Below are positions 59,403-64,000 of a DNA stretch of 64,000 bases, piece after piece (the stretch's first letter is position 1; the number at the start of each line of letters is the position of its first letter). The notes below the pieces were generated by a model. That model saw only the letters and a list, made by a program, of their open reading frames with translations, made no database searches and had not been told where the DNA came from. A program made the position numbers and the translations under genes. The stretch is from an uncultured delta proteobacterium (GTDB lineage: Bacteria; Desulfobacterota; Desulfomonilia; Desulfomonilales; Desulfomonilaceae): NCBI GenBank assembly GCA_963789265.1, contig CAWBKB010000001.1, positions 2,400,001 through 2,464,000 of the forward strand. The letters are read 5' to 3'.

Positions 59403-60527
59403 CTATTGTGGCCTCAAATCGGATGGACGCTGCTTATTGTCTTGATCGGACATACCGGGCATATACCGATCATTTTGCTCATCGGATACTTCATGCATGT
59501 ATATGATCCTCTGAGGCGTTGCAAAGACCATCCCGACTTTATTAAATTCCTTAAATACTGCCGAGTTTAGTTGGTGGATAAGCAAACCTTTATCTTTCGG
59601 ATACGCGGTCCAGCAGAGCAATTCGACATCGAGCCCCGAATTACCGAAGGCCCTGAATCTTACCCGCGGCTCCGGTTCAGACAAGACCAGTGAGTTGGCA
59701 GCAGCCACTTCGAGTAGAATCGCCTCCACTTGATCCACGTCCGAAGAATAGGCTACCGAAACCTTTATCCTGATTCTCATTCTGGGATCGGGAGCACTTT
59801 CATTGATAATTTTGGTATTGACTATTACGGAATTGGGGACGGATATGAGGACATCGTCCCGGGTGAGGATTCTGGTACTGCGAAGACCTACGTGGATCAC
59901 CTTGCCCCTCTCGCCGGAATTCAGCACAAGATAATCTCCCGGCCTGAACGGCCGATCCAGGAAAACGCTTATCCCGCCAAAGAAATTCCCTAGAGTGTCT
60001 TTGGCTGCCAGGCCGACTATGATCCCTACGATGCCGGCAGAAGCCAAAAGAGGGGTTAGATTGATCTGCCAAATTGAAAGGATCGCAAGCCCTGTCATGA
60101 CTGCAATAAAGGCTATGCCTACATTTTCGGTCAGCGTGAGGAATTCGGCCGCTCCAGGGTAATACCCGCCTAGTCTGGAGGAAACAAGTTTCAGAGTTCT
60201 TCCGAGCACTATCATCCATACGATTGCCAGAGCGGTTTTCGCCGCTCCTGCTATGAAGAGTTCCAGCGGTGGACACGGAGTAAGCCACTGGACTTCGAGT
60301 AAAACTCCGATTAAGAGAACGCTGACCCAAAGTGGAAGGCGTATGATTTTGAATAGTTGTCCTCTGATTCCGAGTCTGGACCATTTGGATAAGGCCAATG
60401 CCACTCGGTCCCCGAGGATCCTTATCAGACCTGCCGCTATCACGGTGGCTACAGCGATTATGGCCGCTCCCACAAGGGGAGCAACTCCTATTTGAGCAAG
60501 CCACTGGTTGACGAGTTCCATTTTCAC
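59403..60527 (-). CDS. MscS-family mechanosensitive channel
   Basis: LLASAGI.GI.VGLAAKDTLGNFFGG, RPFRPGD, GLRST, VPN. Confidence 0.92.
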   Translation of the reverse strand: MKMELVNQWLAQIGVAPLVGAAIIAVATVIAAGLIRILGDRVALALSKWSRLGIRGQLFKIIRLPLWVSVLLIGVLLEVQWLTPCPPLELFIAGAAKTALAIVWMIVLGRTLKLVSSRLGGYYPGAAEFLTLTENVGIAFIAVMTGLAILSIWQINLTPLLASAGIVGIIVGLAAKDTLGNFFGGISVFLDRPFRPGDYLVLNSGERGKVIHVGLRSTRILTRDDVLISVPNSVIVNTKIINESAPDPRMRIRIKVSVAYSSDVDQVEAILLEVAAANSLVLSEPEPRVRFRAFGNSGLDVELLCWTAYPKDKGLLIHQLNSAVFKEFNKVGMVFATPQRIIYMHEVSDEQNDRYMPGMSDQDNKQRPSDLRPQ

Positions 60528-60654
60528 TTCAAACTTCCGGTGTAATCCCTGACCTCACATTTAATTTAAGCATTGCGGATTCGTCATCGGCAGATCCGTC
60601 CAGCTCGCCACTGATGCCGATTCGCCTTCAAACGAGTGACACTGTGTTTTGCTG

Positions 60655-60683
60655 GTAGGTGCAGGTTTCAAACCTGCCCCTAC
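60655..60683. repeat. Uninterrupted REP of the MITE-targeted family
   Basis: gtaggtgcaggtttcaaacctgcccctac; related empty copies at 23695-23724 and 25240-25268. Confidence 0.8.
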
Positions 60684-60878
60684 TTGTCGTCATTCTCGCG
60701 CACCCGGGAATCCAGACGCTTTACTGGGACCGGCATCTGGCCGGTCATTGGAGTTGTCATGCCCGCAGCGCGGACACCGGTAGAACCGGCCTGCCCGCGA
60801 GACGTGGGGCAAATCGGACATTTTTTTTGACAATTGCAACATGCTAAGGAGAATCTCGGTCAAATCGTGAAATGGAAC

Positions 60879-60919
60879 TTGCACTCGGGACGGAAACTGG
60901 GTATACTCAACTAGTTTCC
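60879..60919 (+). promoter_or_regulatory. Sigma70 promoter with TetR operator
   Basis: TTGCAC-N17-TATACT; inverted repeat GGAAACT...AGTTTCC (60892-60919) straddles the -10. Confidence 0.7.
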
Positions 60920-60954
60920 TGGGTACTGTAATCCGCTCCCAAGAGGTTGCCCCC

Positions 60955-61602
60955 ATGACTGTTCGATCATCCTTCAATCGTAAACGAGCACAGTCCAAAG
61001 AATTTCCTGTCGAGAATTCGGCCCGCGACCGTATCGTCGCCGGGGCACGACGCCATTTTTTCGCTTACGGTCTACGCGGCGTTACCATGGATGATCTCGC
61101 CAAGGAACTCGGCATGAGCAAAAAGACGCTCTATGCACATTTTCCGAGCAAGATGGCTCTCCTGAAAGCAGTGCTACTTAACAAGCTCCACAACATCGAG
61201 GCTGACCTCGAGCAAATCACGTCCGCGTGCGCTTCCGATTTCCCCACGGCATTGCGTCAACTGCTAGCCTGCATACAGAAGCATTCAGACGAGGCCCAGC
61301 CGCCTTTTGTACGTGACATCGAGGGAGAGGCGTGGGAGCAGATCAAGTCGATTCAAGCCCAGGGCAGGCAAATGATTTACCGCCAGTTCGGCAAATTCCT
61401 TGATGAAGGGCAAAAGGCCGGAATTATCCGTCAAGACATTCCGACAAAACTGGTGATCGAGATTTTGCTCGGCGCCAGGGATGCGATCATGAATCCGGAA
61501 AAGCTATCCGAGTTGGAGATCATGCCTAAAATCGCCGTTGCGGCCATTATAACTGTGATTCTTGAAGGCGTGATCACGGAAACAGGCAGGACCAGCCTAT
61601 GA
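60955..61602 (+). CDS. TetR/AcrR family regulator
   Basis: VTMDDLAKELGMSKKTLYAHFPSK. Confidence 0.93.
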   Translation: MTVRSSFNRKRAQSKEFPVENSARDRIVAGARRHFFAYGLRGVTMDDLAKELGMSKKTLYAHFPSKMALLKAVLLNKLHNIEADLEQITSACASDFPTALRQLLACIQKHSDEAQPPFVRDIEGEAWEQIKSIQAQGRQMIYRQFGKFLDEGQKAGIIRQDIPTKLVIEILLGARDAIMNPEKLSELEIMPKIAVAAIITVILEGVITETGRTSL

Positions 61603-62582
61603 CCGGCTGCAACACGGCTCACGGAAAAGTCCTTTTTTGTCTCAGCTTCGCAGTTGCAGCGCTGAGTCTTCTGGTGAGTTGCAGCCGCGAGGACCCGAAT
61701 CGGGTGCAGGGTTATGTAGAAGGAGAATTTGTGTACGTTGCATCACCGCTTGGAGGTCAACTTGAATCGCTGTATGTGCAACGAGGGCAGCAGGTGAAAG
61801 CAGGCGATCCTCTTTTCACGCTGGACAGCGCTCCGGAAAGAGCCGCGCGAGACGAAGCGGAACGGCGTCTCGCGCAGGGTCAGTCAAATCTGGAAGATGC
61901 GAAGAAAGGGCGACGGCCCTCAGAGATTGAATCCATGGAGGCCCAGCTCAAGCAGGCCCGGGCAGCACTGGTGTTTTCCGAAAAGGAATTTCAGCGGCAG
62001 CAAAGGCTTGCTCAGACGGGCGCTCGCGCAATGGAGGATTTGGACCGCGCGCGTTCCACGCTAGATCAGGATCGTAACCGGGTCGCGCAGCTTGAGGCAG
62101 ATCTCCAAACGGCGCATCTCGGCTCTCGCACCGATCAGATCGAAGCAGCGGAGGCCAATGTGCGTGCGTTGAATGCTGCGCTGGCAAAGGCTGAGTGGGA
62201 CCTATCACAAAAGAGCCAGAATGCGCCTCAAGCAGGACTCATTTTCGATACTCTTTATCGTAAGGGGGATTGGGTTGCGGCCGGCCGGCCGGCGATCGTG
62301 CTGCTTCCGCCCCAGAACATCAAAGTCCGGGCTTTTGTGCCGGAGACGCGGATCGGCACAATCAAGTATGGCGAACCTGTGCGTGTGTTTGTGGATGGTG
62401 TGTCTAAACCGCTGCCCGGCAAGGTAAGTTTCATTTCACCGCATGCGGAGTACACGCCGCCCGTTATTTACAGCCGGGAGAGCCGTGAGAAGCTTGTCTT
62501 TATGATTGAAACGGTGTTCGATCCTAAGATCGCTGAGAAATTGCATCCCGGCCAGCCGGTGGATGTGAAATTCGGGTCCTGA
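61599..62582 (+). CDS. HlyD family efflux adaptor (lipoprotein)
   Basis: LVSC lipobox, QGYVEGE, coiled coil, AEYTPPVIYS, LHPGQPV. Confidence 0.9.
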   Translation: MTGCNTAHGKVLFCLSFAVAALSLLVSCSREDPNRVQGYVEGEFVYVASPLGGQLESLYVQRGQQVKAGDPLFTLDSAPERAARDEAERRLAQGQSNLEDAKKGRRPSEIESMEAQLKQARAALVFSEKEFQRQQRLAQTGARAMEDLDRARSTLDQDRNRVAQLEADLQTAHLGSRTDQIEAAEANVRALNAALAKAEWDLSQKSQNAPQAGLIFDTLYRKGDWVAAGRPAIVLLPPQNIKVRAFVPETRIGTIKYGEPVRVFVDGVSKPLPGKVSFISPHAEYTPPVIYSRESREKLVFMIETVFDPKIAEKLHPGQPVDVKFGS

Positions 62583-62585
62583 TCT

Positions 62586-63509
62586 ATGGCTGATGATTTT
62601 GCGATAGATGTCATTGGCATGACCAAACGGTTCGGTGACCTCACTGCCGTGGATCACATAGACCTCAGGGTCCCCACTGGGGAGATTTGCGGCTTTCTCG
62701 GGCCGAACGGAAGCGGAAAGACGACCTTCATTCGTATGTTGTGTGGCCTCCTCCGAGCAGATGAGGGTAGCGGTACCGTTCTGGGCTATGACGTCATCAC
62801 CGAAAGTGAAGCGATCAAACTGCAAGTCGGCTACATGACTCAGCGATTCAGTTTTTACGAGGATTTGAGCATTTATGAAAATTTGGACTTCGTCGCGCGC
62901 ATGTATTCTCTGAAAAATCGGCGTGATGTGGTTGGTGAAAGCATAGAGCAACTTGGACTCAAAGAACGCCGGAATCAACTTGCAGGCGAGCTTTCCGGCG
63001 GTTGGAAACAACGACTGGCGCTGGCCGCGTGCATGATTCATCAGCCGAAACTGCTCCTGCTCGACGAGCCTACGGCGGGTGTGGACCCCGAGGCACGCCG
63101 CGACTTCTGGGAACAGATTCATCAGCTCGCGGCCCAAGGGCTCACATTTCTCATCGCCACCCACTATATGGACGAAGCGGAACGCTGCCACATGCTGGCT
63201 TTTATCCTCAACGGCATCCTGCTCACCCAGGGCACGGTCCTAGAAGTCATTGAACAGGCGCACTTGACGACCTGGTCGGTTAGCGGTCCGAAATTGCTCG
63301 AACTTGCCGAACAGATTCGTGATCGCCCGGGAAACTTGCAAGCAGTGGCATTTGGAAACACGCTCCACGTGAGCGGAGACGATACAGACGCTCTGGAAGA
63401 GGCAATTACTCCGTTCCGCTCGAAGCCGTACGAATGGCGCCGCATCGATTCGGGGCTTGAAGATATTTTCATTCACCTTATGGAGCGATCGAAGGAGCGT
63501 GGTCCTTGA
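62586..63509 (+). CDS. ABC transporter ATP-binding protein (YbhF-like)
   Basis: GPNGSGKT, LSGG, LLLLDEPT, HYMDEAE. Confidence 0.95.
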   Translation: MADDFAIDVIGMTKRFGDLTAVDHIDLRVPTGEICGFLGPNGSGKTTFIRMLCGLLRADEGSGTVLGYDVITESEAIKLQVGYMTQRFSFYEDLSIYENLDFVARMYSLKNRRDVVGESIEQLGLKERRNQLAGELSGGWKQRLALAACMIHQPKLLLLDEPTAGVDPEARRDFWEQIHQLAAQGLTFLIATHYMDEAERCHMLAFILNGILLTQGTVLEVIEQAHLTTWSVSGPKLLELAEQIRDRPGNLQAVAFGNTLHVSGDDTDALEEAITPFRSKPYEWRRIDSGLEDIFIHLMERSKERGP

Positions 63510-64000
63510 TGAGAAAGTGGGAATTCTCGCCTGCTCGATTTTGGGCAATGGTTGTAAAAGAATTCGTGCAGATGCGCCGGGATCGCGTTACCTTCGCGAT
63601 GATGGTGGGCGTCCCCTTGTTGCAGCTTATCCTTTTCGGTTATGCAATCAATTCAGACCCGAAACACCTGCCCACAGCAGTCATTTTAGCGGACAACGGG
63701 CCAGAGGGGCGAACTATACTGTATGCGATTCAGAATAGTGGCTACTTCAAATTCGTTAGACAATACAAAACGGAATCCGAGGGGCATAAAGCTCTCGCGC
63801 GAGGTGACGTCCAGTTTGTGGTGAACATCCCGGAGAATTTCACACGGGACCTCCTGCGAGGCGACCGGCCCCCGGTTCTCGTCGAGGCGGACGCCACAGA
63901 TCCCGGGACCACCAGCAACGCTATAGGCTCCTTGAGCCTTCTGCTGAACACGGCTCTAGAAAACGATCTCAAAGGCTCGCTCGCGTTTCTGGCAGGAACC
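63509..64000 (+). CDS. ABC-2 transporter permease (runs off the window end)
   Basis: MRKWEFSPARFWAMVVKEFVQMRRDRVTFAMMVGVPLLQLILFGYAINSDPK; open to the end. Confidence 0.9.
   Translation, partial: MRKWEFSPARFWAMVVKEFVQMRRDRVTFAMMVGVPLLQLILFGYAINSDPKHLPTAVILADNGPEGRTILYAIQNSGYFKFVRQYKTESEGHKALARGDVQFVVNIPENFTRDLLRGDRPPVLVEADATDPGTTSNAIGSLSLLLNTALENDLKGSLAFLAGT

Overview
About 55% GC chromosomal window from an anaerobic, aromatic-degrading bacterium. Gene content suggests Desulfobacterota, possibly Desulfomonile-like (inference only). Contents in order: sulfotransferase, OM beta-barrel and an unknown gene; DMT transporter; broken MNT-HEPN toxin-antitoxin pair; hybrid histidine kinase; a ~7.5 kb integrase-less islet anchored at tRNA-Glu (VOC protein, Ntn hydrolase, HigBA-like TA, MarR cassette, His-rich SH3 protein, NDT-like protein); tRNA-Glu and tRNA-Lys; ddl (frameshifted) with murU/amgK-like genes; benzoyl-CoA pathway genes (dch, oah, thiolase plus DUF35); M18 peptidase; HtrA-like protease; queD-folE2; a RAYT transposase carrying its own REP doublet; a CoA activase; a cluster at 37.2-47.6 kb; MFS; IclR, CoA ligase and a xanthine-dehydrogenase-family operon; adenylate cyclase; MscS; TetR-HlyD-ABC efflux. 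The best candidate for an undescribed system is the 37.2-47.6 kb cluster. It has ferrosome-style parts (HMA2/CoBaHMA-type domains, GxxxG DUF5132-like small proteins) but is built around a P2A Ca2+/Mn2+-type ATPase, a YtaF/MntP-family protein and a MetK paralogue with substituted methionine-binding residues. It sits back-to-back with phoB/phoU, and four of its intergenic regions carry 11-bp-periodic boxes. Intergenic DNA is rich in REP-like palindromes, several interrupted by MITEs, most with target-site duplications.
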